From positions 38,690,001 through 38,754,000 of the forward strand of contig NC_087436.1 in NCBI RefSeq assembly GCF_036321535.1: a DNA stretch of 64,000 nt, read 5' to 3'. Positions 39,116 to 52,849 of the stretch are shown one piece after another. The notes beneath the pieces were generated by a model. That model did not search any database and was not told the DNA's origin. It was given only the letters and a program-made list of their open reading frames with translations. The number at the start of each line of letters is the position of its first letter. Within the stretch, counting starts at the first letter, position 1. The position numbers and the translations under genes were made by a program. The DNA comes from Camelus dromedarius. Lineage: Eukaryota.

Positions 39116-41689
39116 CATTTTATTATTATCCATTTTATATATAGGAAAACTGAAGCTTTACATGGCTGTATAGCCTGAGTAAGAGCATAGCCAGGCATCC
39201 AGTCTGCAAGATCCAGGCTTGTCCTACACGGTACTGCTACTAAAGTTAGGATTCTAAGACCATTCTAATAATAATAATTTGACCAATGACGCCAACAAAA
39301 TGGGACAGAACAACTTTAAATCTATGAATTCAGAAGTTGTTGAAAGTCATATGATGATATAAGACATAGACTAAGACCTGGGAATGCACTGAAATTTATT
39401 ACTTGGGAGTGAAGATGTCTCTTCTTCCTTAGAGAAAGTAAATGCAACTTGTACTGAAAGAAAAAGTTTTCTAAAAATATGGTATTTGGTGAATCATTTA
39501 GTAAAAAGCAAATTTGAAACATTACAGAAGATCTGGAATCATAAAACCATCTCATCCAAACCCAGTGCTACACTCTGCTCAAGTTTATGGACTGTGAGCA
39601 TGTGATTGATTGCACATCCAAGTTGAAACAAATGATGCAGTATCTATGGGAACTCTAGATAAGACCCTCCATTTACAGACATACCTGTAGGTTCCAGACT
39701 CCACAGGGTACATGCTAATTACAATGGTGACAAACCCCCTCATGACATAAGCTGCATGATAAAAGGGATATCTGCCTGGCATCACATCTTTTTGTTCCAC
39801 TTGCTAGAACACATAGCATTCACTGTTTCTCCTTTTCATATATTTGAGGAAAGAAAATCTGCCTCAGATTTTTAGTTAGATAAGCATACTATCCTTGGGG
39901 GAGGAGGGAGAGAGAGAACAAATTTTTATGGCTCATCAGATCTCCCACTGGCACAAATTAAATGCATTTTCTTTAAAGATGTAAACAACAAAAGCAAGAA
40001 AGTTTACTGGTGAGAAAGATGTACTTGAACTGGGGAAGCTGGCTGCTTGCCAATATCAATCTTAACTTGAGAATCAACTAAGAATATTAACCCTTTTAGG
40101 AAAAGTCATTGTAACAAAGAAATTGCAAGACACAAAATAAAATGTTTTATAATCGAAATGCATTAGTGGATAAAAATGTAGCCTGACTATCCATCACTGA
40201 TGAAATATATTTAAGCTAATGTAACTCCCAAGCATTATCATGTTGTATGAATTATTCTTCTACATGCATAATTTGCTTTCCTTTCTTTACTCATTGTATA
40301 TTAAGAGACAGAAACATGAATGCTTATTACTTTAGACTTCGAGGACAAAATAAAATAATTGTGTATAATTGGTAAGATGAATAACATGGTGATTAATGTT
40401 TAGTTGTGCATATTTGCAAAGGTGAAGTGACACTAAGCTGAATGTCCAGTGTGCACTCAGATGAGGGTAAAGTTAAAATATTTAAGCTAGGATAGAAGCT
40501 TAGAAGGTAAAGTTGTATAGAATGGGTGGATTATGCCATGTACAACTACATAAACACATGGTAGCTTGAAAGAAAGGTCAGAGAGGTCTTTGAGGACATA
40601 TGTTTTAATAATAATGAAAACGATAGACACACCACTATGGATCCAGGGTGAATAAATTGTGAATGAATGAACAAATGAAGCATTTAGTCAGTGACTAAGC
40701 TAAAAGCCTACAGACAAACTAAGAAATGCTTAGTGTCTGAACATAAGATCATTGGATGAATGTTTATATAAGCATGGGAAAAACAGAGCAACTACCCCAT
40801 CAGAATGTATTTGGACATGTCAACAGAAGTCTCTCAAAAGCCCTAACACTGCAGAAAATGGCCTGCAGCATCTGGCCCTATCTTATCAGCTTGGAGAATC
40901 CATCTGGGCAAATCATTGTCACCACTTTTTTGTGTAAACTAAAATAATCCTCTCCTCAAATATAGACTGGAATCCTGACCACAATCACAGTCACCTCATT
41001 TGAAAGACTCAAACAAGGGAATGTGTGTGTGAAAACACAAACAGCCACTATAACAAATGTCACTTCACCTACCACATGTTCAAATAAAGCATCCAATTTC
41101 TAAAACCCACCATCTATATTAAATACCATGTTAGGCAACAGAAAGAAATTTATAGTATGTTTATGACAGTTTTCAAGTAATACTAAGATAGGTGGGTTAA
41201 TTACAGACAAAAACAAGGTAATAGCTAGTTATCAGGAAAGACTGAAAGACTAGTTAAGAACTAACAAGGAAAAAAAATCTAAAGAGTCACAAAGGACACC
41301 AGATTAAATATGTTATCTCAATCCTTAGCCCTACACTGTCATATAATGTTTACATGTAAGATAAATAGGAAAATGGAAAGTATTTTTCCCTCAAAATTAA
41401 CATATGTCAAATCTTAATTAAGAGCTTTCTACTTGGGGGCCTTATATTGCCATAAAAATTGGGAAACAGGAGAGAATCTTGGAAGAATCTTAAGAATAAT
41501 AAATAATTTAAAATATGATAAGTCCTGTGAAACGTTAAAGATGTTTAGGTAAGAAAAAGATAGCTCTGCCTTCTGAGAGGCTTACCTCACATTTATTTCA
41601 GAGTAGTATAAAACAAAAAATTTGTTTACTGATTTGAGATAGAATAAAACCCTTTATAACTCTTTTACAAGAGGATGATATCAAACCCT

Positions 41690-42415
41690 TATAACCACAA
41701 TGAACTACCACTCCATACTGATTAAGAAGGCTATAATAAAAAGAGATGGACAATAACAAGTATTAATGAGGATGTAGGGAAATTGGAACCCTCATACATA
41801 GATCATGGGAATGTAAAATTGTGCAGTCACTTTGGAAGACAATTTGTCAGTTCCTTAAACAGTTAAACAGAGTTATCATGTGACTCAACAATTCCCATTT
41901 GTTATATATACCTCAGAGAATTGAAAACATACACCCACACAAACACTTGTACATTAGTGTTAACAGAAGCACTAGCCAAAAATAGAAAAACCCAACTGTC
42001 CATCAATTGAAGAATGGGTAAACAAAATATGGTGTATACATATGGTGGAATATTATTCACTCATAAAAAAGGAATGATACATGCTATAACCTGGATGAAA
42101 CTTGAAAACATTGTGCTAAGTGAAAGAAGCCAGACATAAAAGGCCACATATTATATAATTCAATTTATATTAAATGGCCAGAATAGAAATGGAAAATAGA
42201 TTAGTTAGTCTGGAGAGGGGATGGGGTTAGAGAGTAACAGGGAATGGCATCAGAGATTCTTTTCAGAGTAATGAAAATATTCTAGAATCAGAAATATTTT
42301 GGAATCATATGATGGTGATGGTTGCACAACTTTGTGAATATAGTAAAAAACACTGAATCATACCCTTTAAAAGGGTGAGTTTTATGATACATGAATTATA
42401 TTTCAATTAAAAAAA
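41690..42415 (+). mobile_element. L1MB-like 3' end
   Basis: ggacaataacaagtattaatgaggatgtagggaaattggaaccctcataca...gctaagtgaaagaagccagaca...ggtgatggttgcacaactttgtgaata...poly(A). Confidence 0.93.
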
Positions 42416-42579
42416 CCATAAGTGAGTAACTAATATTAGGGAAATAGCTACTATATTTTAGAAAAAATGTCTTGTCTAAACTTTTGCAGTTTAAAAATAT
42501 TCATTAAAAGGATAGTACACATCAGCTGTTCCCTCTTCTTCAGAAAACATGTAATAAAAAGGCTGAAATTATAAGATTA

Positions 42580-44220
42580 ATTATATAAGGTCTCTGACTG
42601 CATAGACTTCTGTGTACAGTGGAATAGACAGACAGACAAATAACTATACTACATGAAGTACATGGCAAAAAATGAAGAGATCTATACAAGATAATATAAC
42701 TCAGAAGAGGGAATGTCTATCTCTGAGTGGCATTAAGGCTTAAGGAGCTTCAAAGATAGTATAAATAGATCTGAATCTTGATGGAAGAGTGCATCTTCCC
42801 CAGACACACAAAATGTGGGAACACATGCAGCCACCAAGAGGTCTGAAAGAGCATGTTGGCTTCATGGGTCTGCAAGTCATTCTGTGGGGCCAGAACTATA
42901 GAGTTTTTACAGAAGAAGACCTGATGAGACTCAAAAGGTTCTGTTCTTGATGAGGAATGAAGGTATGAGCTTTATTCCTTAGGAGATGGAGAGCCATCAA
43001 AGATATTATTCAAAGAAGTGAAATATTTAGATTTCAATTTAAGCAGACCATGCTTCCAGTAATGTGGGTCAAGGATTGGAGGGCTACAAGACTAGAGGCC
43101 AAGAGACCCTTATAAGAATAAATGGTTAAGGCAAGTAAATAATGCAGCACTATTAGTAGGAATAGAGACAAGGTGACCTTAGAAATACTTAGAAAGGCAC
43201 TGTGAACTGAGGGGAAAAGAGGAATTGAGTATGACTCATCTCTTATTTGGGCAGGAAGGCATTTGTTTGTGTTGTTTGCATTACTAACAAAATTGCATTT
43301 AAATTGTAATGTTGAATTTGAAGTGTTTGTTCCAGGTATAGAAATGTAGTTGGTAGAATTTTGAGTTTTCAGCATATGGGAGAATGTCTGGGCTGGAGAT
43401 AAATATTTGATGGATCATTAGAATATTCTTGAACTAATGGGAATGGATAAGATTGAGCAAGAAGAACTGATCAAAAAAGAAAAGAGGGCAAAGAACAGAA
43501 ACCATCGAAGCCTGGATTATGGATGAGATAGCATAGAACCTGGCACATATTACTCAATAAGTATTTGTCAAATACAAATGGACAAGTGAACATCATAGTT
43601 GGTCCCAAGGATAGTAGAAAGGATGAGGCAATGAATGTGGAATCACAAAAGGGGGATGCCGCAGAATCATCTTTCCTAGTTGTCAGTAGGTCACAATGAG
43701 AAATGAAAGTCAGTCTTCTACATTGGCTGGGCATATAATTTTGGAAGTTTTCAGTGCAGAGATAAGATTGCAGAGGAAATGAGTAAGAAATAAAAAGGGG
43801 GGCTGAAGACTGGATTCTAGGCAGGAAGAGGAGGCAGATCCAGCAACTAAGAGAGACAAGCAGCCAGTGAGATGCGGATAAAGGGAGATCAGAGTGGTGT
43901 CTTGGAAACCAAGTGAAAAAAGTGGAGAAGGGGTGGTCACTGCTCCAAGGACTGAGAATTTTATATTGAATGTGGCAAAACAGAGGTCATCTGTGACCTT
44001 AACAAGTGCTGGTCTATGGAGCTGAAATGGGAGAAAGCCTAACTGCAGCAGGTTCAAGAAAGAGTGCGTGATGGAGTCAGATATGTGGGTTCAAGTAAAA
44101 GATGCAGGCAGAGAATGAGGAAGTGAAGAAAATAGAAACAGGTATGGAATTCTACTATAAAAGGGAGCAGAGAAACTAGCAGAGCTAGCATGGGATGTGG
44201 AGTCAAGAGAGGGATTCTTT
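42580..44220 (-). mobile_element. Long fragmented L2 region
   Basis: ggagatggagagccatcaaaga, agactagaggccaagagacc, tctgggctggagataaatatttg, gtggtgtcttggaaaccaagtgaa, gaggtcatctgtgaccttaacaag. Confidence 0.85.
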
Positions 44221-46481
44221 CTAATGAGACAGGAGATATTCCCCATGCTTTTAGCTGATGGGAATAATTTAGTGCAGAAAGACAGGATGATGCAGAAGAG
44301 AGATCAGCCTAGCCTCATAGAAGTTATGGAGGAACAGTACCCAGTACACAGTTGGGGGGTGGTGGTGGTGATAGGAGCCATGCTTCTTCAGGAAAAGCAG
44401 AGGATGTGGGTCCAGATGTAGGAAATTCCACAGATTTAGTAGAATTTAATTTTGTAGATAAGAAAAAAAAATAGTAATACATAACTTCCCAAGAATCAGG
44501 AAGCCAGGATAGTGAATTTAATTTTTGTCTAAAAATTGTGACCTTTGTTAAATGTTGGCCTAAATGGACATACTGTTGTTAATTTAAAATAATATTATTT
44601 TTAATAATAATTTTATTATTTTTGTAAAGTAATTTGTTTCTTAATAAATGTAAGAATAAAATATAAGAGTTTGAATATAGAAGTTAGCTGGGTTTTATAT
44701 ATCAAATAATATGACAGCAATTACATTGGAATCCATGTAAAAGAAATTTTAATACAACTGTAAGATATCTAGGGTCACTTAACTAGCCTGACATTAAACA
44801 GGAAGCCATCAATAGCAATATTTACTTTAGGAATACATATCCCAATCAAACTCAGAGGGGTACATTTCCTTGAAAAATAAACAGAAAGTAAATGCCCTAA
44901 TAGCTGTCTTCCCAGCAGTAGTATATTTTCACAAAGCACTTAAAAATAATTAGAATTTATTTTACATAGGGGGCATTAAAAAATCCTTTGTTAATGATTA
45001 CACGGATGGATGAACACATTTTGAAGAAACGTTGAGGAGCTTTCTGGATCCTATGAATAGTAGAATTATTCTTCTAAACATGAGTTACCTTCTTGTATAG
45101 AACATTGCCTGGACCCAAGTCCTAAAACAACAACAAAACAAGTTTTATAAGCTCTAAATCAGTTAGCTTTTGTGGAAGAACTAATACAAGGGATGTGTTT
45201 GTCTGACTAGAGACATTTTTATTAGATAATGGCAAAAGACTTGAGCAGGCAGGGTAATAGAGATTTCAATGGCATTAGGAAACATTTTATTTTCTAAATT
45301 CAACATTCAGTGAATGTTGGATATGATTATCATCATTCACGTTTTAACTAACTTGTTTTGCAGCTAGAGTTTCTTTACAGTTAGTGATTAGATTTTCTTT
45401 ACTGTAAATAAGGCAATTGGAATACTGTCTTCACTTTATGAGGTGATATGACTTAACCTGGATTTTTATGTCCAACAGGGAAAATAATAATATTTAAATA
45501 TAACACTTTGCACATAGTTACATTCAATAAATATTTGTTAATTTCTTTTAAAGACTGTACCTATTTCACACAAAGTAATAAATATTTAACATAATAAACC
45601 ACCAGTCCAAGAACAGATTGGAAAATAGTTACTATAAGATCAAATGGGGACAATACTGTGATTATATATGAACAAGTTCTGACCAACAGAACAAATATCT
45701 TGCTACTTAATTTTGAAAAAACAGTAGAATTACTGATTTTTTGCAAAATACATCAATACAAAGTAAATGAAGAACTCTCTGGGACTCCACAATCAATCTT
45801 CCAGTTTACATAAGAGCTGGATCGTTTTTACTACTTTATGCCAAATAAATGTGCTATAAATGCTAGTTGGGAGGGAAAATAAGCAAACTTTATAATAGTT
45901 TTTATGTAAAAAACAAATGCTTTTTTAAAATAGTTAATAATTTGATTATGGGCCATAAATAGTCACTTAATAAAATCATTTAAATCTTAAAGATAAATTT
46001 GGGTCCTGTTTTATACTTGTGAGCATATTTATTCAAGTCACGAGCATTCTTTTAGATTTGAGTGTAAGTGAAGTGGTGTTTCATAGATGCCAATTAAGCT
46101 TCCCTGCTAGATCTGTAAACAAAATGGACACCTTATTTTAGATTAATTGCTTGAGATAGTCTCAATTTGAAATCCCATATTGATAGTTCTGTGATCATTT
46201 AAATTTGGAATGCTTTCTAAAAATTATATGTATTGCTGTCATTTATTCAAGGGTCAAATGTTCTTTTTAATGTAAAAAAAATCATTACAACTTGAAACAA
46301 ATTTTAAAGATTCTGATTTTAGTGATTCTCTTTAACTGTGCCTAAAAAGTAATTCATAGCCCTTTCTTAATTTGTTGAAGTTTAAAAGTCACTTGTTTTT
46401 TATTCTAATCATTTCATGTGGTGTTAAAATATGCAAAGGTTCTACAGCAATTCATACATAAATTATATACCCATCTTCACT

Positions 46482-48039
46482 CTTTTTTTTTAACTGAAGT
46501 ACAGTTATAATTTGTCTGTTTCTAGTGTACAGCACAATGTCGCAGTCATGCATATACATACATATATGCATTTTCATATTCTTTTTCATTAAAGGTTATT
46601 ACAAGATACTGAACATAGTTCCCTGTGCTATACCAAAAAACTTTTTTAAAATCTGCTTTTATATATAGTGGCTAACATTTGTAAATCTCAAATTCCCAGA
46701 TTTATCCCTTCCCACTCCCTTTCCCTGGTAACCATGAGATTGTTTACTATGTATGCAAGTCTGTTTCTGTTTTGTAGATGAGTTCATTAGTGTCCTTTTA
46801 TTTTTTTCAGATTCCACATATGAGTGATATCATACGGTATTTTTCTTTCTCTTTCTGGTTTACTTTACTTAGAATGATGATCTCTAGGTCCATCCATATT
46901 GCTGCAAATGGCATTATTTTATTTTTTAAGGATAAGTAGTATTCTATTGTATAAATATACCACAACTTCTTTATCCAATCATCTGTCAATGGACATTTAG
47001 GTTTTTTCCATGTCTTGGCTATTGTATATAGTGCTGCTGTGAATATTGGGGTGCAAGTGTCTTTTCAAATTAGAGTTCCCTTCAGATATATACCCAGAAG
47101 TGGGATTGCTGGATCATACAGTAGGTCTATTTTTAGTTTTTTGAGGAAACTCCATACTGTTTTCCGTAGTGGCTACACCAAACAAATCCCCACCAGCAGT
47201 GTAGGAGGGTTCCCTTTTCTCCACACTCTCTCCAACGTTTATCGTTCATAGACTTTTGAATGATGGCCATTCTGACTGGTGTGAAGTGATACCTCATTGT
47301 AGTTTTTACTTGCATTTCTCTGATAATTAGTGATATTGAGCATTTTTTCTTGTGCCTATTGGCCTTTCATATGTCTTCACTGGAGAATTGCTTGTTTAGG
47401 TCCTCTGCCCATTTTTGGATTGGGGTGTTGGTTTTTTTTTTTTTTAAGTAAGTTATATGAGCTGTATATGTTCTGGAGATTAAGCCTTTGTCAGTTGCGT
47501 CATTTACAAATATTTTCTCCCATTCCGTAGGTTGCCGGTTTTTTTTTTTTCTGGTGTTTTTTGTTTTTGTTTTTTTTTTTTTGCTGATGGTTTCCTCTGC
47601 TGTGCAGAAGCTTATAAGTTTAATTAGATCCTATTTGTTTATTTTTGCTCTTATTTCTATTGCCTGGGTAGACTGCCCTAGGAGAACATTGCTAAGATTT
47701 ATGTTAGAGATTGTTTGGCCTATGTTTTCTTCTAGGAAATTTATTATGTCTTGTCTTATATCTAAGTCTTTAAGCCATTTTGAGTTTATTTTTGTGTATG
47801 GGGTGAGGGAGTGTTCTAACTTCACTGATTTACATGCAGCTATCCAGTTTTCCCAACACCACTTGCTGAAGAGACTGTCTTTTCTCCATTGTATATTCTT
47901 GCCTCCTTTGTTAAAGATTAATTGAACATAGGTTTGTGGATTTATTTCTGGGCTCTCTATTCTGTTCCATTGATCCATATGTCTGTTTTTATGCCAGTAC
48001 CACACTGTTTTGATTACTGTAGCTCTGTAGTATTGTCTG
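46482..48039 (-). mobile_element. 5'-truncated LINE-1 with a perfect 17-bp TSD
   Basis: TSD atatacccatcttcact at 46465-46481 and 48040-48056. ORF 47631..48062(-) [32 protein letters not shown]...[10 protein letters not shown]. Confidence 0.98.
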
Positions 48040-48361
48040 ATATACCCATCTTCACTTTTCATTTTCCTTTGCCAGGTAGACTATTTCTTGGGCTTCTTGC
48101 TATCACAGGAAACATGTAATTTCACAAAACACACAATGTACAATGTTAGGGAACTGAAACTTGATAACTTCAGATGAACAGATATATTTGAATTGGCAAG
48201 TTTTTAAACTATTGTAGTCTTTAGCAGGTGTTTATTTGGCTTGGCAGGCTCCTAAATATAGAACTCTGGGTTTGCATAAGTCTTACCATTTTCACACTAT
48301 GAGCAAGAACTATATATTTTACTTGTTTTATTGTCACAACACTAGAATTATATGTTGATAT

Positions 48362-48883
48362 TGCATAGGTTAGAATACTTTTAACAACAAATAACAGAAA
48401 ACTGCACTTAAACTAGCTTAAACAGGCAGATATGTATTGGCCTAGTTAGCTGGAAGAAGAGAAGGAGGAAAGGCCCAAAAGTTGACAATCCGGACACCTG
48501 CTAGAGTTCTTTTACCTTCTCTAAATAGAAGCTTCATTTTCAGGTTAATAGCAAAATAATAGCAGAAGAATCATGACCATGTCTAGAGAGAGAGTGTTAC
48601 TCTGAGAATTGTGTTGATAAGTCTTTCTCAGATGCCCCTTGAAAACCTCTTTTCACATCAGTTGGGTCACATGTCATCTCCTGCACCCATCATTTGCTCT
48701 AGAGATGGGGTTAGCTTTAGATACACCCGAGTCATCCACCAGAGCTCACCTGGAGTGATGAGGTCAGGTTCTCCTGAGGCCCATGGGATGTGTGGGGAAG
48801 GGGGAGATACTTGAATAAAGTCTGGGTATTATTGGAAGAAAGGAAGAAATGACTGCTGGTAGGCAGCAGAAATGTCTATTTCA
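48362..48883 (-). mobile_element. Old MaLR LTR (MLT1J/K-like)
   Basis: caaataacagaaaactgcacttaaactagcttaaaca...ttgggtcacatgtc...gactgctggtaggcagca. Confidence 0.7.
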
Positions 48884-49460
48884 AATGGTGATTGGGGATC
48901 ATATATAAAATATAGCCCTCCAAGTATCAAAAGCAAATTAAAAATTTGAGAGCACAACACTCTTCCATATATAAATAATTTTTATTCTGTAGCTTTAAAA
49001 TTTTTCAGTCAGGAGATTTTTTGCTATTCTGTGTTTCAAATTCATGATGTGTTTTCATCCTTTTTGCAAAAAGGAGTTCTATACCAGCTTGTTCAGTCAG
49101 TAGCTGATGTTTTTTAAGTCAGGCTGTAACTTTGGAAATGGTATCAGACTTGCATTTCAGATTATGTTTTTGTTAACTTTTATTCAACCAAACTTTAGCA
49201 AGCACTAACATCATGATACAGTGCTAGGTGCTTTTTACTCCTCTTTCATACATTATTGGCACATACATAGTTCAGGAATTTGGTGGAGGAGGTAAAGTTT
49301 AAGGAGGATATGCTGGGCTATATTTGATAATAGGATTTATTTGGAGTGAGGAGTTAATTGGAACAAAACAAGGGCTATGCAAACTATTGTTCTATTACAT
49401 CTTTTTTTAACTTTCACTACTTCTATTGATTTATATTAAAACCTACCAAATGCCACATTC

Positions 49461-49560
49461 AATTTTTTAAATTTAAGTACAGTCAGTTACAATGTGTCAA
49501 TTTCTGGTGTACAGTGCAAAGTCCCAGTCATGCATACACATACATATATTTGTTTTCATA
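49461..49560 (-). mobile_element. ~100-bp LINE-1 3' end
   Basis: aagtacagtcagttacaatgtgtcaatttctggtgtacag, the same terminus as the L1s at 37243 and 46482. Confidence 0.88.
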
Positions 49561-49734
49561 TTACATCTTATATTTATATTAAATCTTGATTATGTTTCTA
49601 GACTGGTTGCAGTCAAATATCCTACTAATATTCATGCTTCTCTTGCCATTTGATTTTAAGTGTGATGGTAATTGATGCTTATAAAAGCAATAATATGGTT
49701 AGAGACCCATCTCTTAGAACCACCTAGAAAAAAA

Positions 49735-49880
49735 ATTCCTGAGCCTTATGAATCTATTTCCTCATTTATAAAATAGAAAGAAATCTACCTCACTGAATTG
49801 TGGGATGATTTAAATGAGGTGAACTATGTGAGATCATAAAGCAATGTCTGACATAAAGTAGGCCCTCAGTAAAATTAAGC
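49735..49880 (+). mobile_element. MIR fragment
   Basis: tttcctcatttataaaatag...tacctcac...ttaaatgag...gtctgacataaagtaggccctcagtaaa. Confidence 0.75.
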
Positions 49881-50260
49881 AACTTTTGGAAAATGCCTGT
49901 TGACGGAGGCTCCTAATTAAAGAAGTTATCATTTAAAGGAGATGAAGCATATAAGTACGCATCCTTTTATTTTATAGTATTGCTAGATTCTTTGTTTGTT
50001 TTAACGAAGGGTAAAAGGAAAGAATATAGAAATTGGTATAGTTCCATTTCAAATGCCCAAAAGTACATGAAGAGGAAGGTAGAAACCTTTTAAAAATTTT
50101 CTAACAGAACACAAACATATGTATTTAGTAAGATTTGCTCCACAAACCGAGAGTGAAAAAAGTTACGCAAATCTCTTATTTTGTTCCAATTAATCCAGTC
50201 AGTCAAAACAAAAGCTACCAGAAGGTAACCAAGTATTAAATTTCACCCCACAGATGCAAC

Positions 50261-50479
50261 TTTTTTATTTTGATTTCACAATTTTTTTTTAAACAGGTCA
50301 CAACCCTAAGTTGCTGGCACCATCACCCAATGTACAAGCTACAAACCCTTGCTCAGCAGTTGAGGGGCATGCTTTAGTAGCATGTTTGAAAAGTGAATAA
50401 AAATCCATCTAAAACAAATCTTCAAATAGTTTCCATAGGAACACAGATAAGTGTGACCCCATGTCCTAGTCTTCCACAT
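50261..50479 (-). pseudogene. ODC1: 5'-truncated processed retrocopy containing only the distal ornithine decarboxylase 1 3'UTR
   Basis: The minus strand reads tggaagactaggacatggggtcacacttatctgtgttcctatggaaactatttgaa...gatttttattcac...tgcccctcaactgctga..tttgtagcttgtaca...gttgtgacctgttt followed by an A-rich end. This matches my recollection of the mammalian ODC1 mRNA 3' end. Confidence 0.75.
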
Positions 50480-50943
50480 TTTTGTATCTGGTGGGTGGAG
50501 TTCTCATTGTTTGTCCACAGTGCCTTGCTCAGCCATTGTCTCTGAAAAACACAAGACCACATCTGGGAAGCTGGTTCTTAAGGGCCTTGTAGCATAAATC
50601 ACAAGCTGTGCCAGGCTAGCTCTCCCTGCAACAACAGTTGGGATCTTATGTCAAGACTGGATCAGCCAAGATCCCCTCCTTTCCTAAGTAAATTTTTTTC
50701 CCAGGCAACCCTTATCCTTCTCTGTTAGAGTGTCTGGGCCAGAACCACCCTAGTCTATCCTGACAGATCACTCTAACTCCAAATTTCTGGATGTGTGTCT
50801 TGGTCCCAATCTCTCTGAAATGTCTAGGCTCTTTATGCAAATTTCTCATCTGGGTTTTTAAGGAGTAACAATGAGGAGTGAGTGTCAAAAGAAATCTGTC
50901 CTCATAGATGCTCCACTATATTCACATAACTAGGAAAACTACT

Positions 50944-51412
50944 TTTATTAGTTTCCTGTGGCTGCTGTAACAAATTATCACAAATTTAGTGGCTTAAAAT
51001 AACACAAATTTAATATTTTTTTTACACTTCAAGAGGTCAGAGATCTGATTTAAGTCTTATGGGGCTAAAATCAATTTGTCTGCAGGACTATATCATTTTG
51101 GAAGAGAATCCATCCATGCCTCTTCCAGCTTTTCGATGCTGCTAGTATTCCTTGACTTGTGGCCATATGGCTCCAATCTCTACTCTGTTGTTACAGGGTC
51201 TTATCCCAACTTTAACTCTCCTGCTTTCCTCTTATAAGGACCCTTGTGATTACAATGGAACCAACTGGATAATCCAAGATACTCTCCTTATCTCAAAATG
51301 CTTAATTTAATCTCATCTGTAAAGTCCCTTTTACCATGTAAGGTTAACATTTTCACAGTTCTTGGGGATTAGGACATGAATATCTTTGGGGTCGCATTAT
51401 CTGTCTGCCACG
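50944..51412 (-). mobile_element. MaLR LTR (MLT1C/D-like)
   Basis: tattagtttcctgtggctgctgtaacaaattatcacaaatttagtggcttaaaa...cttataaggacccttgtgattaca...ggggattaggacatgaatatctttgggg. Confidence 0.93.
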
Positions 51413-52093
51413 CTACTCAAGTAATTGCTTAGACAACAGAGATCTGCTTCAGGGGCTCTTCCACTATGCTTAGTGGAAAGTAGCAATATTTTTAAATATA
51501 GTCTCAGTGGACATTCCCTTTAAAATTCATATTAACTAGCATTTGACTTACATCTTCTTAGTTGTATGGTAGAGTGAGAAACCACATCAAAACCCCAGCA
51601 TTTCTTTATCCAGTAGGTTACTAAATAATATGTGGTTAGAGGGCAGTATAGTCAACAGCATGATTTGAACATGAAATTTAAAACTTCTCATCGTCTATCC
51701 TGAGTCCTCTATTTACTGCTGGTCCTCCCTGAAACCTAAGCATCATGCTACCTCTTACAATTCTCTGCTTGGGTTCAAGTCTGTCCACTTTTGAAAGACA
51801 ATGTTAGGTAGGTTGAACTATTTCAGTTGGGCACCCAGGTTCAGGCTGTCATGTGCTGAAGCAAGAAACTTGCCAGCTTTAAAAGTTTTGCTGATTTTTT
51901 TATGTTGATTCATCCCTGAACAACCAAAAAAAAAAAAAAAAAGTTTAATGTAGTCCAGTAACCCATTCCACTTAAGTATTTTAGGCAATCCTAACTCTGA
52001 AAATACTCAACAATAAAACAATGAGAAGCAACATTTTTAGTCATCCAATATGAGCAGTTTATCTATTAGCAACTTTGTTGGAAAGTGCAGACT

Positions 52094-52172
52094 ATTAGGT
52101 TGAATGATATGAAATTGCCAATTTTTCCAGTTTTTTTTTTAATCTTCAAAAATGGTAATTTCAGATGACACA
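52094..52172. mobile_element. MADE2-like mariner MITE
   Basis: tattaggttgaatgatatgaaattgcca...aaaaatggtaatttcagatg palindromic structure. Confidence 0.8.
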
Positions 52173-52314
52173 CCATAACATGAAGTCTGTAAATGGTGGT
52201 ATTCCAAACTCCAGCGGTACTCACCTAAATCTCTATGTGGGACAATTGGTGACCCTCCAAAACACCCTCCTCACTGCCCCCCACCTCAGCCTGACCTTCA
52301 GTAATATTTTGGTG

Positions 52315-52761
52315 TGATGGATATCTTCTGTTTGCCTGTCTAGACTTAAGCTCTACCATTCTCACTACCACCCTATTCTGGAGTCCTGGGAGGCTGACTC
52401 GTATGGGCCGATCTGGCCATGTGGCATTCAGGTAGCTTGATAAGCAGAAGATAAGTGGGCAGGCAGACAATGAGATGAGAGTGTTAATTCACCCTCCTCC
52501 ACTCCACTGGGTCATCCTTGGTTATCTGCATCCCTCCCTAACGGCCACACTCTCTACAAATAACTACCCTCAGAGCTCTGGTAACTTCTTCCTTTCTTTC
52601 AGTTGGGGAGAGACTGAAATGGCTCTCTGCTGTTGCTAGTTCTCGAGTTCTACGTAATCCTTATTTTTTTGTTTCTTTAAACACTGCCACACTTTTAAAG
52701 ATAGTCCTTTTACTCAGTTTGAACTTACCTTCTATTTTCTTCAGAAATTCTGACTGAAACA
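52315..52761. mobile_element. ERVL LTR (LTR33-like)
   Basis: cctgggaggctgactcgtatgggc...ctgctgttgctag...cacacttttaaagatagtccttttact...ctgactgaaaca. Confidence 0.65.
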
Positions 52762-52849
52762 GTTAAATAATCACCCAAGCCAGGTTCTCCAAACTAGTAA
52801 CTCCCACACATAAAACCACATTTCATTTTGTGAGTAGCATTTCCTCTAA

